From Spirochaetota bacterium (lineage in GTDB: Bacteria; Spirochaetota; UBA4802; UBA5550): DNA of 64,000 nucleotides. Both the position numbers and the translations under genes were made by a program. The stretch lies in the NCBI GenBank assembly GCA_050298055.1, contig JBNKTL010000005.1:7094-71093 (forward strand), read 5' to 3'. The notes beneath the pieces are model-generated. The model worked only from the letters and a program-made list of their open reading frames with translations. It had not been told where the DNA came from and searched no databases. Positions 48,206-57,681 of the stretch are shown one piece after another; within the stretch, counting starts at the first letter, position 1; each line of letters begins with the position of its first letter.

Positions 48206-50389
48206 ATGAATTTGGGAAATCTATTACTCTACGCGTCTCTTGCTGCATCCATGGCTGCGGTTTTCTTCTATTTACGGAATACCGGCGGCAGTGAGCCGGG
48301 CATCAATCTCTCAAGAAAGCTCTTTTACACGACAAGTCTCCTCATAGGAGCTGCTGTTATCCTGCTCCTTTTTTATTTTTTAAATAATGATTTCAGGTTC
48401 TCCTATGTGTATGCCTATTCCAACAGGGAACTTGAGTGGTACTACCTGGTGTCCGCCTTCTGGGCGGGCCAGCCCGGGAGTTTCCTCCTCTGGCTTTTTA
48501 TCCTGAACATCTTCGGTATCTTTGTTATCAGGAAACATGATGAAGAAGAAAATATTCTGATGACGGTAATGATACTGGTCCAGGTCGCAATAATTGTTCT
48601 GCTGGTTGTGGACAGTCCCTTTAAATATATCTGGGACCAGTACACGAACCTCAGGCCGGGAGAGTTTCCCCCGGACGGTTCGGGATTAAATCCCCTCCTT
48701 ATTGACCCGTGGATGATTGTCCATCCGCCGGTCCTCTTTGTGGGTTATGCGTCCGCCACAGTCCCCTTCGCCTATACCATTGACGGTCTTATAAGAAAGG
48801 ACTATACCTCGTGGATAAACAGGTCTTATAACTGGGTGATGTTCAGCTTTGTCTCCCTGGGAATCGGAATATTCCTGGGAGGATACTGGTCATACAAGGT
48901 CCTCGGATGGGGCGGTTACTGGGGATGGGACCCGGTGGAGAATTCCTCCCTTGTCCCCTGGCTTGTGGGCCTCATCCTCTTTCACAGCATGCTCCTTTAC
49001 AGAAGAAAGAAAGTCCTGGTAAGAACAACCGTTCTCGCATCACTGTTGTACATTATCTTTGTCTTCTACGGGACCTATCTTACCCGAAGCGGTATTCTCA
49101 AGGACTTTTCGGTCCATTCCTTCGGTGATTCGGTTATCGGGGTTTTCCTGGGTGTTTTTATTCTCCTCCTTATTGCCGTGAGCGGTTTTCTTTATGTTAA
49201 GCGGTTCAGGGACATGAAGCCCCTTTCACAGCCGGTTGACCAGAACCTCTTCAGCTGGGACACTCTCCTGGCCTATGGTCTTATCACGCTGGGGGTCTAT
49301 ACGTTCCTTATCCTGATTGGAACCTCCTGGCCCATCATTACCGGGATAATTTTACCAAAGGCAATTGTTGTTACTGAGAAGTTCTATAACAGCATCTCCA
49401 TACCCTTCGGGATACTCCTGCTGTTCCTTATGGTGTTTTCAACCCTGGCAGTTTCTTCAAAGAAACTCCTGGACATCAAGGATTTTGTTGCCATGGGCGG
49501 GGCAGTTGTCATTGCGGTTTTTTTCAACCTTATGTTTACCGATAAGATTGCGGCATATGCTTTAACCGCTGTGTCCCTGTTTGTAGTCCTTGAATTTCTC
49601 TACGATTTTTCAAAGCTGAAACCTTCGGCGATTCTGGCATCCCGGCTCTCCCACATTGGTCTTGGACTGATGGTTGTCGGTGTTATTACTTCAGGTTTTC
49701 ATTCAACAACCGACCAGAAAAAGTTATTTCTCAACAGGCCTGAAACAGTTGGTGGTGTTAACCTGACCTTTAACGGCTTTACAAGGGAGAAGGAAGCATC
49801 AATGATCTTTACGCTGAGGGACGGTGATACTTCCCGGCGCATTGCCATGAAATATTACATGTCAGAGAAGATGAAGTCCCTCTACAGGGAACCATATATA
49901 GATTACGGTTTTCTCGGAGATACCTACATTATCCCCGAGGATTACACACCGTCGTCAATTGCCGACAATAACGTGGTCCTGGCAAAGGGGCAGCAGCAGA
50001 ATATCGGCGGTGTGGATGTTAAATTTCTTAAATTTGACGCACGGCAGATGAGGGCGGCGGAACCGGTCATCTACGCGGAACTTCTTGTAAACGGGAAACG
50101 GGTCAAACCCGGAATAAAGATTGATAAGCGAAAGGCAAACAGGATCGACGCGAAGGTCCCCGGGACAGACCGGGTCATTTCCCTTCTCAGAATCAATCCC
50201 AGCGATGAGCTGATAGATATATTTGTCAGTCCCGGTAAGGATGTTAAAGTGGTCCCCGACAGTGTCATCGTGAAAGTCTCGCATAAAAGGCTTATCTGGA
50301 TTGTCTGGCTGGGGACAGTGTTAATAACAATTGGCGGCTGCTATGCGATTTACAGACACAGGCCCGCGTCTGCCGCGAAAAATGCCTGA
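48206..50389 (+). CDS. ccmF: Cytochrome c synthetase CcmF
   Basis: WAGQPGS, GLNPLL, HPP, WGGYWGWDPVEN, TRSG..SVHSF. Confidence 0.94.
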   Translation: MNLGNLLLYASLAASMAAVFFYLRNTGGSEPGINLSRKLFYTTSLLIGAAVILLLFYFLNNDFRFSYVYAYSNRELEWYYLVSAFWAGQPGSFLLWLFILNIFGIFVIRKHDEEENILMTVMILVQVAIIVLLVVDSPFKYIWDQYTNLRPGEFPPDGSGLNPLLIDPWMIVHPPVLFVGYASATVPFAYTIDGLIRKDYTSWINRSYNWVMFSFVSLGIGIFLGGYWSYKVLGWGGYWGWDPVENSSLVPWLVGLILFHSMLLYRRKKVLVRTTVLASLLYIIFVFYGTYLTRSGILKDFSVHSFGDSVIGVFLGVFILLLIAVSGFLYVKRFRDMKPLSQPVDQNLFSWDTLLAYGLITLGVYTFLILIGTSWPIITGIILPKAIVVTEKFYNSISIPFGILLLFLMVFSTLAVSSKKLLDIKDFVAMGGAVVIAVFFNLMFTDKIAAYALTAVSLFVVLEFLYDFSKLKPSAILASRLSHIGLGLMVVGVITSGFHSTTDQKKLFLNRPETVGGVNLTFNGFTREKEASMIFTLRDGDTSRRIAMKYYMSEKMKSLYREPYIDYGFLGDTYIIPEDYTPSSIADNNVVLAKGQQQNIGGVDVKFLKFDARQMRAAEPVIYAELLVNGKRVKPGIKIDKRKANRIDAKVPGTDRVISLLRINPSDELIDIFVSPGKDVKVVPDSVIVKVSHKRLIWIVWLGTVLITIGGCYAIYRHRPASAAKNA

Positions 50390-50445
50390 CCTGTTAAGGT
50401 GAGAACAGCCGGGCTGAGAGGGAATAAAGAGGGACGGGACACAGG

Positions 50446-51300
50446 ATGTTTAGTATTTTATTTGCAATAACAATTATACTGTTTTCCACTACATCAGTAT
50501 TGTGCATGATGGCGATTTACTCGGTCAATGAGAGATACCAGTGGATTATCCGGATGCTCATTCCCGCTTCGGTCGTTTCATTTCTTTTCCTCGGATTTAT
50601 GAGGGTCTATTATTCGGAGATAAACACCTTTTTCTATCTCGCATCGGCAATCTGGAGTTATTTCTACCTCTTTTCCCTGGTGCTTCTGCTGGTCCTTGTC
50701 TACCTCTTTTTCTCAAAGTGGAAAACATACTGGAAACCCTTTGTGGCATTGATGTTTCCCTTTGTTACGATCATTTTGCTCATATCAACACCCTTTATCA
50801 ATTCAACGAGAAGGGTCTCAATCGATATAACCGGGAGTATTTTTGCCAACCACCTTCTTCCGGTCCATATATTTTTCACAATTGTGGGAGAGTTGTTTTT
50901 CTTTTTAAGTTTTGTGGGGTCAGTTCTCTACCTGGTCATGGAGTGGCAGTTGAGGCGAAAGGCTTCCATGAGGCTTATCTATAAGCTTCCCACTCTTGAA
51001 ACAATTGAAAAGTTCAACATGTGGGCAATCATACGGTCATTTCTTCTTCTTACTATCGGGCTTTACTTTGGGCTTACCATGGCTTTTACAAATTTCCACA
51101 CACCGTTTATGGGTACGGCCAAGGAAATGCATATTTATTTTTCCTGGATCGTTATCCTGGGGATTTTCTTTCTGAGGAGAATGAAAAAGCTTGTTTCCCA
51201 CAAGGTGAACCTGATAAACGCGGTGCTTTTTCTCATTATTATGTTTCTCTTTATGTTCACGAATATATATATTACCAAGGGTTTTCACAGCTTCCAATAG
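50446..51300 (+). CDS. CcsA/HemX-like membrane protein
   Basis: About 8 TM, LPVHI, LPTLETIE, C-terminal FHSF; immediately upstream of hemA; WWD motif absent. Confidence 0.7.
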   Translation: MFSILFAITIILFSTTSVLCMMAIYSVNERYQWIIRMLIPASVVSFLFLGFMRVYYSEINTFFYLASAIWSYFYLFSLVLLLVLVYLFFSKWKTYWKPFVALMFPFVTIILLISTPFINSTRRVSIDITGSIFANHLLPVHIFFTIVGELFFFLSFVGSVLYLVMEWQLRRKASMRLIYKLPTLETIEKFNMWAIIRSFLLLTIGLYFGLTMAFTNFHTPFMGTAKEMHIYFSWIVILGIFFLRRMKKLVSHKVNLINAVLFLIIMFLFMFTNIYITKGFHSFQ

Positions 51301-51302
51301 AG

Positions 51303-52619
51303 ATGAATAAGGATACAAATAAATCAGAAACTCCGGAAGTGGGTCTTATCGGCATGAGTCATAAAACTGCGCCGGTTGATCTCCGGGAGCAGTTTGCGTT
51401 TACTGACGAAGAGATATCAAAATACATGGACCTCCTGCATGACCAAGGGATTGAAGAGACCGTATGTGTGTCAACATGCAACAGGGTGGAGATCTATTTT
51501 GCTTCCAGCAATGTCCGGGAAGCAGCGGAGCATATCATGAAGCTCCTGGAGGAGAAATCACAGACCAGCAGGAAGAAATTCGAAAAGATCCTCTATAAAA
51601 AGTATTCAAAAGATGCCATTAACCATGCAATGATGGTCTCCGCTTCACTGGATTCCCTGGTTGTGGGAGAGGATGAGATCCTGGGACAGATGAAGGACGC
51701 GTACAGGAAGTCAGCGGGAGAGAAGAGAACCGGGCAGGTCCTCAACAGGCTTTTTCACACTGCTTTTAAAACAGCAAAAAAGATACGGACTGAGACCGAG
51801 ATAGCCCGCAACCCCCTTTCCGTGGCGTATATTGCAACCGAACTGGCAATGAAGGTGTTCGAGGATATCTCCAAGAGGAAGGCCCTGCTCATTGGCGCAG
51901 GTGAGATGGGTGAACTTATTCTCAAGTATCTTACAAAGTACAATATCAGCGAGATATTCCTGGCAAACAGGTCGTTCCACAACGCGGAAAAAATCGCGCA
52001 GGAGATCAACAGGGACGCCCACATAATACCCCTGGAGGACATTACCGATGTGGCCGGCAAGGTTGATATTATCGTCTCATCTGTTTCTGTTCCGGAGTAT
52101 ATATTCAATACCGAAATGGGCAGGGAGGTTACCCGGGAAAGGGGGGACCAGCCCCTCTTTATGATAGACATATCCATACCCAGAAGTCTCGACCCGGGCC
52201 TTTCCGGAATGGACAATATATTTCTCTACAATGTTGATGACCTTCAGACAATTGCGGACGAAAATTTAAAGAACAGGCTGAAAGAAGTTGACCTTGCCCG
52301 GCAGCTTATCGAATCTGATGTGGATGAATTCTTTGCCTGGTATGAGGGACTGGTTGTGGTACCGGCAATTGTCTGTATACAGGAGAAGTTTGATGAGATA
52401 AGGTGCCGGGAACTGGGAAAGTACCGGAAGAGAAAACTGAAACACCTCTCTGACGAAGATTTCAAGCTCATAGAGGACCTGACGAACCAGATCATGACCA
52501 AGACATTGCATAATCCCATCATGTTTTTGAGAAGCTTTAATGCCGCGGACGATGATGAAAAAAAGGCCATAAAAGAGAACGTGAAGATCATTGAAGACCT
52601 CTTCCGGATGAGGGCATAA
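51303..52619 (+). CDS. hemA: Glutamyl-tRNA reductase
   Basis: HKTAPVDLRE, STCNRVE, SLDS.VVGE..ILGQ, GAGEMG; start moved to ATG 51303. Confidence 0.95.
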   Translation: MNKDTNKSETPEVGLIGMSHKTAPVDLREQFAFTDEEISKYMDLLHDQGIEETVCVSTCNRVEIYFASSNVREAAEHIMKLLEEKSQTSRKKFEKILYKKYSKDAINHAMMVSASLDSLVVGEDEILGQMKDAYRKSAGEKRTGQVLNRLFHTAFKTAKKIRTETEIARNPLSVAYIATELAMKVFEDISKRKALLIGAGEMGELILKYLTKYNISEIFLANRSFHNAEKIAQEINRDAHIIPLEDITDVAGKVDIIVSSVSVPEYIFNTEMGREVTRERGDQPLFMIDISIPRSLDPGLSGMDNIFLYNVDDLQTIADENLKNRLKEVDLARQLIESDVDEFFAWYEGLVVVPAIVCIQEKFDEIRCRELGKYRKRKLKHLSDEDFKLIEDLTNQIMTKTLHNPIMFLRSFNAADDDEKKAIKENVKIIEDLFRMRA

Positions 52620-52710
52620 ATTTTCCATTACATCACTTCGTTCCACATGATGACAGGGTCTTCAGCTTGAAACTCGAAACTTGGAACTAAACTTATAACG
52701 GATAGATTTT

Positions 52711-53613
52711 ATGAAAATACGAATTGGAACCAGGGGAAGCCAGCTGGCCCTCTGGCAGGCGGAACATGTAGCGGGCCTTCTCGGAAGAGAGAAAACGGAA
52801 ATTGTTATTATCAAGACTAAGGGTGACCGGATACTCAATGTCTCCTTTGACAAGATGGAGGGGAAGGGCTTCTTTACAAAGGAGATCGAGGCGGCACTTC
52901 TGGAGAACAGGGTTGACCTTGCCGTTCATTCTCTCAAGGACCTTCCCACCGAGAGCGTACCGGAACTGACCGTTGCCGCCATACCTCCCCGGGAAGAGCC
53001 GTGGGATGTCCTCCTTATAAGAAAGGAAGCGCATGAAGAGACAGGTGACTTCCCGGTGAAAAAGGGGGCCGTGGTGGGAACAAGTTCCCTGAGAAGACTG
53101 GCACAGCTGAAGTATAAACGAAACGACCTCACTGTCAAAGCCCTCAGGGGCAACGTGAATACCCGGCTGCGAAAACTTAACGAAGGAGAGTACGATGCCA
53201 TTGTACTGGCCTATGCGGGGATGAAGAGGGTGGACCTTGATACAACCGGCCTGGAAGTTTTTACCATACCCCCGGATATTTTTCTCCCCGCCCCGGCACA
53301 GGGCGCCCTGGGCCTCCAGACGAGGAGGGAGGACCTGCGAACCATCAAGGCTGTAGAGCACCTGAACCATGGTGACACCGTTCGCGCGGTGACCGCGGAA
53401 AGGGCCTTCCTTCACCACTTTGGCGGAGGCTGTCACATCCCCCTGGGATCACTTGCCCTTATTGAGGATGACGAGATATCCATGCAGGGGATCGTGGCAT
53501 CAACCGACGGCAGGACCGCTTTGAAGGACACGGTCCGCGGGAAAGACCCCGGGAGAGCGGGACTTGAACTGGCAAAAAAACTAAAAGAGAAAGGGGCCGA
53601 TAAGCTCCTCTGA
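52711..53613 (+). CDS. hemC: Hydroxymethylbilane synthase
   Basis: GTRGSQLALWQ, AVHSLKD, GTSSLRR, RGNV.TRL, GGC. Confidence 0.96.
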   Translation: MKIRIGTRGSQLALWQAEHVAGLLGREKTEIVIIKTKGDRILNVSFDKMEGKGFFTKEIEAALLENRVDLAVHSLKDLPTESVPELTVAAIPPREEPWDVLLIRKEAHEETGDFPVKKGAVVGTSSLRRLAQLKYKRNDLTVKALRGNVNTRLRKLNEGEYDAIVLAYAGMKRVDLDTTGLEVFTIPPDIFLPAPAQGALGLQTRREDLRTIKAVEHLNHGDTVRAVTAERAFLHHFGGGCHIPLGSLALIEDDEISMQGIVASTDGRTALKDTVRGKDPGRAGLELAKKLKEKGADKLL

Positions 53614-53641
53614 TACGAACAGGGAGAGAGAAGACAGCAGG

Positions 53642-54409
53642 ATGGATAAAAAGCCTCTCTACGGGAAAAAGATAGCCGTAACCAGGAACAGGGAGCAGGC
53701 GGGGTTCCTTGTTGAGATGCTTGCGTCCCGTGGCGCGGATGTCATTGAATTTCCTACCATTGAGGTAAAGCCCCTTGATGACCTTTCCGGCCTTGAAAAA
53801 GCCATAAGCGAGATCGAGAGTTTTCACTGGATCTTTCTAACGTCCCGGAACGCGGTCACGGTTTTTTTTGATAAACTGAAAGAGATGGGTCTTCCCAGGG
53901 AAAGTCTTACCGGTACCGGTTTTGCTGCTGTGGGGCCCGCAACAGCAAGGTGCCTTGAAAGTTACGGGATAAAGCCGGAACTTGTTCCCGATGAATTTGT
54001 CGCCGAAGGACTGGTTGAAGCATCGGCCAGGACCGGTGTCAGCGGGAAGAAGATCCTCCTGCCGTCGGCTGCGGGGGCCCGGGATGTTCTTGCAGGGGGC
54101 CTCAGGGATCTCGGGGCGGACGTGGTGCGGATAAACACGTACCATTCGGTAAAACCGGAATCGGCCCCCGCGAAGAGGGTCAGGGCCGTAAAGGAGGCGG
54201 ATGTCATTACCCTTACCAGCTCCTCAACGGCGGAAAACCTCTTCTCCCTTGTCCCGGATATATCGAGTATCTACGCGTGCATCGGTCCCGCCACGGCGGA
54301 TACCGTGAGAAAACTTGGCCGCGAGCCGCATATTATTGCCGGGGAGTATACACTGGCGGGACTTGTGGATGCCATTGTTGACTACTATTCGGGTATAATT
54401 GAATTGTGA
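53642..54409 (+). CDS. hemD: Uroporphyrinogen-III synthase
   Basis: VTR, TSRNAV, VGPATA, TSSSTA, IGP.TA. Confidence 0.9.
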   Translation: MDKKPLYGKKIAVTRNREQAGFLVEMLASRGADVIEFPTIEVKPLDDLSGLEKAISEIESFHWIFLTSRNAVTVFFDKLKEMGLPRESLTGTGFAAVGPATARCLESYGIKPELVPDEFVAEGLVEASARTGVSGKKILLPSAAGARDVLAGGLRDLGADVVRINTYHSVKPESAPAKRVRAVKEADVITLTSSSTAENLFSLVPDISSIYACIGPATADTVRKLGREPHIIAGEYTLAGLVDAIVDYYSGIIEL

Positions 54410-54476
54410 TTGAAAATTATTAACTCACTTGCAATTATGAATGCCTTTTCAAAATATTTTAAATGGAGGAAACCAG

Positions 54477-55448
54477 ATGGACCTTGTCAACAGACCCCGG
54501 CGATTGAGGAAAAACAGTATTATCAGAGACCTGACCGCGGAGACCATTCTGGATACCCGGAAACTGATATTCCCCTACTTTGTCACCGAAGGAAGCAGGA
54601 TAAGAACACCTATCGAATCCATGCCGGGGATAGACAGGGTCTCCGTGGACAATCTCCTGAAAGACCTGGAGGGCGACCATAAGCGGGGAATTAATACCAT
54701 CCTCCTCTTCGGAATTCCCCACAAAAAGGATGAAACGGGGACCGGGGCGTATTCTGACAGCGGGATCGTCCAGAAAGCGGTGAGGGAGATAAAGAAGAAC
54801 TTTCCCGGTGTCTATGTGATTACCGACGTCTGTCTCTGTGAATTTACCGATCACGGGCACTGCGGAATTGTCAGAGACGGGGACGTTTTAAACGATCCCA
54901 CACTGGAGCTTCTCAGCAGGACCGCGGTCTCCCAGGCCATGGCGGGGGCCGATATGGTTGCGCCCTCTGACATGATGGACGGACGGGTGGGAGCAATACG
55001 GGAGGCCCTGGACGCCAAAGGGCTGACAGATGTGCCCATAATGTCCTATGCCGCCAAGTACAGCTCCGCCTTTTACGGCCCCTTCAGGGACGCCGCGGGG
55101 AGCGCCCCGCAGTTCGGGGACCGGAGAAGCTACCAGATGGATTTCAGGAACGGGATAGAGGCGGAAAAGGAGGTCCTCATGGATATCGATGAGGGGGCCG
55201 ATATTGTCATGGTGAAGCCGGCACTCTCCTACCTTGATATAATCTCCCGGGTCAAAGACATCGTGGACCTGCCGGTCTGCGCCTATAATGTCAGCGGCGA
55301 ATACTCCATGGTAAAGGCCGCGGCGAAGCTGGGCATGGGTGACGAGGAGAGACTCACCGTTGAGATCCTGGGATCGATTTTCCGGGCGGGTGCTGACATG
55401 ATCATAACATACCATGCCCGGGATGTACTGAAGAATGGCTGGTTTTAA
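54477..55448 (+). CDS. hemB: Porphobilinogen synthase (Zn type)
   Basis: RPRRLR, DVCLCEFTDHGHCG, SDMMDGR, MVKPA, YNVSGEY; start at ATG 54477 with GGAGG RBS. Confidence 0.96.
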   Translation: MDLVNRPRRLRKNSIIRDLTAETILDTRKLIFPYFVTEGSRIRTPIESMPGIDRVSVDNLLKDLEGDHKRGINTILLFGIPHKKDETGTGAYSDSGIVQKAVREIKKNFPGVYVITDVCLCEFTDHGHCGIVRDGDVLNDPTLELLSRTAVSQAMAGADMVAPSDMMDGRVGAIREALDAKGLTDVPIMSYAAKYSSAFYGPFRDAAGSAPQFGDRRSYQMDFRNGIEAEKEVLMDIDEGADIVMVKPALSYLDIISRVKDIVDLPVCAYNVSGEYSMVKAAAKLGMGDEERLTVEILGSIFRAGADMIITYHARDVLKNGWF

Positions 55449-55465
55449 GAGAGGAAGAAATTAAA

Positions 55466-55616
55466 CATGAAGTGCACGAAGCAAGAGTTTTATAATGTTA
55501 AGTTTTAAATTTTGAATGTTAAATTAAAGAAATCGTTTTTGATTAGATAATTCAAAATTAAAAATTTAACATTCAACATTATCCGAAACTTCATGTACTT
55601 CGTGTACTTCGTGGTG
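55466..55616. repeat. Nested inverted short-tandem-repeat element (9-mer outside, 7-mer inside)
   Basis: CATGAAGTGCACGAAG ... CTTCATGTACTTCGTGTACTTCGTG flanking TTTTAAA/TTTTGAA/TGTTAAA ... TTCAAAA/TTTAACA/TTCAACA. Confidence 0.65.
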
Positions 55617-55669
55617 AAAAAATCTTAAAAAGAAATTTTTTATATGAAAAAAAACAACCGGAGCAATAA

Positions 55670-56959
55670 ATGAATAGGGAAAAATCAGAAAGGTTATACA
55701 CTGAAGCACTGAATTACATGCCGGCGGGTGTTAACTCCCCTGTCAGGGCTTTCCGGTCCGTGGGGGGCACACCGGTTTTCATGAAGAGCGGCAGCGGATC
55801 ACATCTTGTTGATGAAGACGGCAATGAGTATATTGACTACTGCATGTCGTGGGGACCCATGATCCTGGGGCACGCGGACAGGGACATTATTGAAGCGGTC
55901 AGGGAAGCGGCCCTGAAGGGGACCAGCTTTGGTACACCTAACAGGTATGAGGTTGAACTGTCAAAAGGGGTAACAGGGGCCTTCCCTTCCATGGAGAAGG
56001 TCCGGTTTGTCAATTCGGGAACAGAGGCGACCATGTCGGCCATAAGGCTTGCCCGGGGTTACACCGGCAGGGACAGGATCGTAAAGTTTGACGGCTGTTA
56101 TCACGGCCATGCTGATTTTCTCCTCGTTGCCGCAGGTTCGGGACTTGCGACCTTCGGGGCCCCCGATTCAGCCGGTGTTACCGCGGACAATGCAAAGGAC
56201 ACACTTGTGGTCCCCTATAACGATATTGAAGGCCTGGAAAAACTTCTTGAACAAGAGGGAAAGAATACCGCGGCCATAATCCTTGAGCCTGTTCCCTGTA
56301 ACTATGGTCTCATCCTTCCCAACAGAGGTTACCTGGAAAAACTGAGGGAACTCTGTGACAGATATGGGATCGTTCTGATATTCGATGAGGTCATAAACGG
56401 TTTCCGGCTCGCTTTGGGAGGTGCCCAGGAATACTATGGTGTAAAGGCTGACCTGACGACCCTGGGGAAGATAATCGGTGGCGGCCTTCCCGTTGGCGCC
56501 TACGGGGGAAAAAAGGAGATCATGGACAAAATTGCCCCTGACGGTCCCGTGTACCAGGCAGGAACACTCTCGGGAAATCCTCTTGCAATGACGGCGGGAA
56601 TTGTCACACTGAAAAAACTTGGCGGCGGAAATATTTATCCTGAACTGAAGAAGAAGGGTGAGTCTCTGAAGAAAAAGCTGGAACCTGTTTTGGACCGGTA
56701 CAGGGGGAAGGTGCTCTACCAGGAGCTGGAATCAATATTTTCGCTCTATTTTACTGACCGGGAGGTCATTACCTCCGTGGACCAGGTGAGAGGGTGTGAT
56801 ATGAAGAAGTTCGGTGAGTTCCATTCCCGGATGCTTTCCCGGGGGATCTATCTCTCACCTTCAGGATATGAAGTGGGCTTTCTCTCAACTGTGCATACCG
56901 AGGAAGATCTTGACAGGACAGCAGTTGCAGTTGAGGAATCGTTAAAGGCTATTTTCTGA
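55670..56959 (+). CDS. hemL: Glutamate-1-semialdehyde 2,1-aminomutase
   Basis: GVNSPVRAF, SGTEATM, GCYHGH, FDEV, GKIIGGGLP, YQAGTLSGNP. Confidence 0.96.
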   Translation: MNREKSERLYTEALNYMPAGVNSPVRAFRSVGGTPVFMKSGSGSHLVDEDGNEYIDYCMSWGPMILGHADRDIIEAVREAALKGTSFGTPNRYEVELSKGVTGAFPSMEKVRFVNSGTEATMSAIRLARGYTGRDRIVKFDGCYHGHADFLLVAAGSGLATFGAPDSAGVTADNAKDTLVVPYNDIEGLEKLLEQEGKNTAAIILEPVPCNYGLILPNRGYLEKLRELCDRYGIVLIFDEVINGFRLALGGAQEYYGVKADLTTLGKIIGGGLPVGAYGGKKEIMDKIAPDGPVYQAGTLSGNPLAMTAGIVTLKKLGGGNIYPELKKKGESLKKKLEPVLDRYRGKVLYQELESIFSLYFTDREVITSVDQVRGCDMKKFGEFHSRMLSRGIYLSPSGYEVGFLSTVHTEEDLDRTAVAVEESLKAIF

Positions 56960-57031
56960 TTTTTATTTATGGTTTTTAACTTAATTCAATGTAAAAGATA
57001 TTTTAAACATTTTAATAAAAGGAGTTTCAAT

Positions 57032-57520
57032 GTGAAAATAAGAAGTTGTATAATAGCAGTGATGGCAGTGACCTCGATGGCAGTTTTCGGATGCAAGGAT
57101 AAAGCTCCGGACGGCAACCAGGGACTTCCCAAGGGTCATCCTGCTCTTGATATGCAGTCGCATCCCAAAATTGATACAAAATCAGAAATAAAAATTGCTC
57201 CGGGATCAATAGAGAAGGCCTCCGGAGGATACACTGTTTCGGAAATCTTTGGGAAAAAAGCCGCTCTGAACGGCAAGAGCGTAAAGGTCAGGGGGACGGT
57301 CACTAAATTCAATGCTAATATTATGAGCAGAAACTGGCTGCATCTGCAGGATGGAACCGGTGGTCCCGGTGAAAACGACCTGACGGTCACAACAATCAGC
57401 AAGGCCGCAGTAGGCCAGAGAGTCCTCATTGAAGGAAAGCTTACTCTTGATAAGGACTTTGGTGCCGGCTATAAGTATCCCGTTATCGTGGAAGGAGCTA
57501 CCGTCACAGTAGAAAAGTAG
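57032..57520 (+). CDS. NrfJ-related OB-fold lipoprotein
   Basis: GTG start with AGGAG RBS; VFGC lipobox; LPKGHP, NWLHLQDGTG, KDFGAGYKY. Confidence 0.65.
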   Translation: MKIRSCIIAVMAVTSMAVFGCKDKAPDGNQGLPKGHPALDMQSHPKIDTKSEIKIAPGSIEKASGGYTVSEIFGKKAALNGKSVKVRGTVTKFNANIMSRNWLHLQDGTGGPGENDLTVTTISKAAVGQRVLIEGKLTLDKDFGAGYKYPVIVEGATVTVEK

Positions 57521-57545
57521 ATGGATATTATGGAACCTGTTTTGG

Positions 57546-57579
57546 AAGGGGAAGGTTGTTCAGCCTCTCCCCTTTTTTT
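57546..57579 (+). terminator. Intrinsic terminator
   Basis: AAGGGG-A-AGGTTG-TT-CAGCCT-CT-CCCC followed by a T run. Confidence 0.7.
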
Positions 57580-57619
57580 ATGAGAGGCTTTCTAAAAGTC
57601 ATATGAGATATTATTTTGT

Positions 57620-57647
57620 TTGACTTTTAAATAATATATCATATTCT
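57620..57647 (+). promoter_or_regulatory. Possible sigma70 promoter of the selenoprotein-led operon
   Basis: TTGACT, 16 nt, TATTCT. Confidence 0.4.
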
Positions 57648-57681
57648 ATACAAACTCAGGATTTCATTATTCAATTACGAG

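Noticed and set aside
53611..54409. Other TGA stops (hemC, hemD, ccmA, selB, SprA-like) as Sec codons
   Set aside because: Each falls at the expected protein end, with no Cys-equivalent context or homologous continuation.
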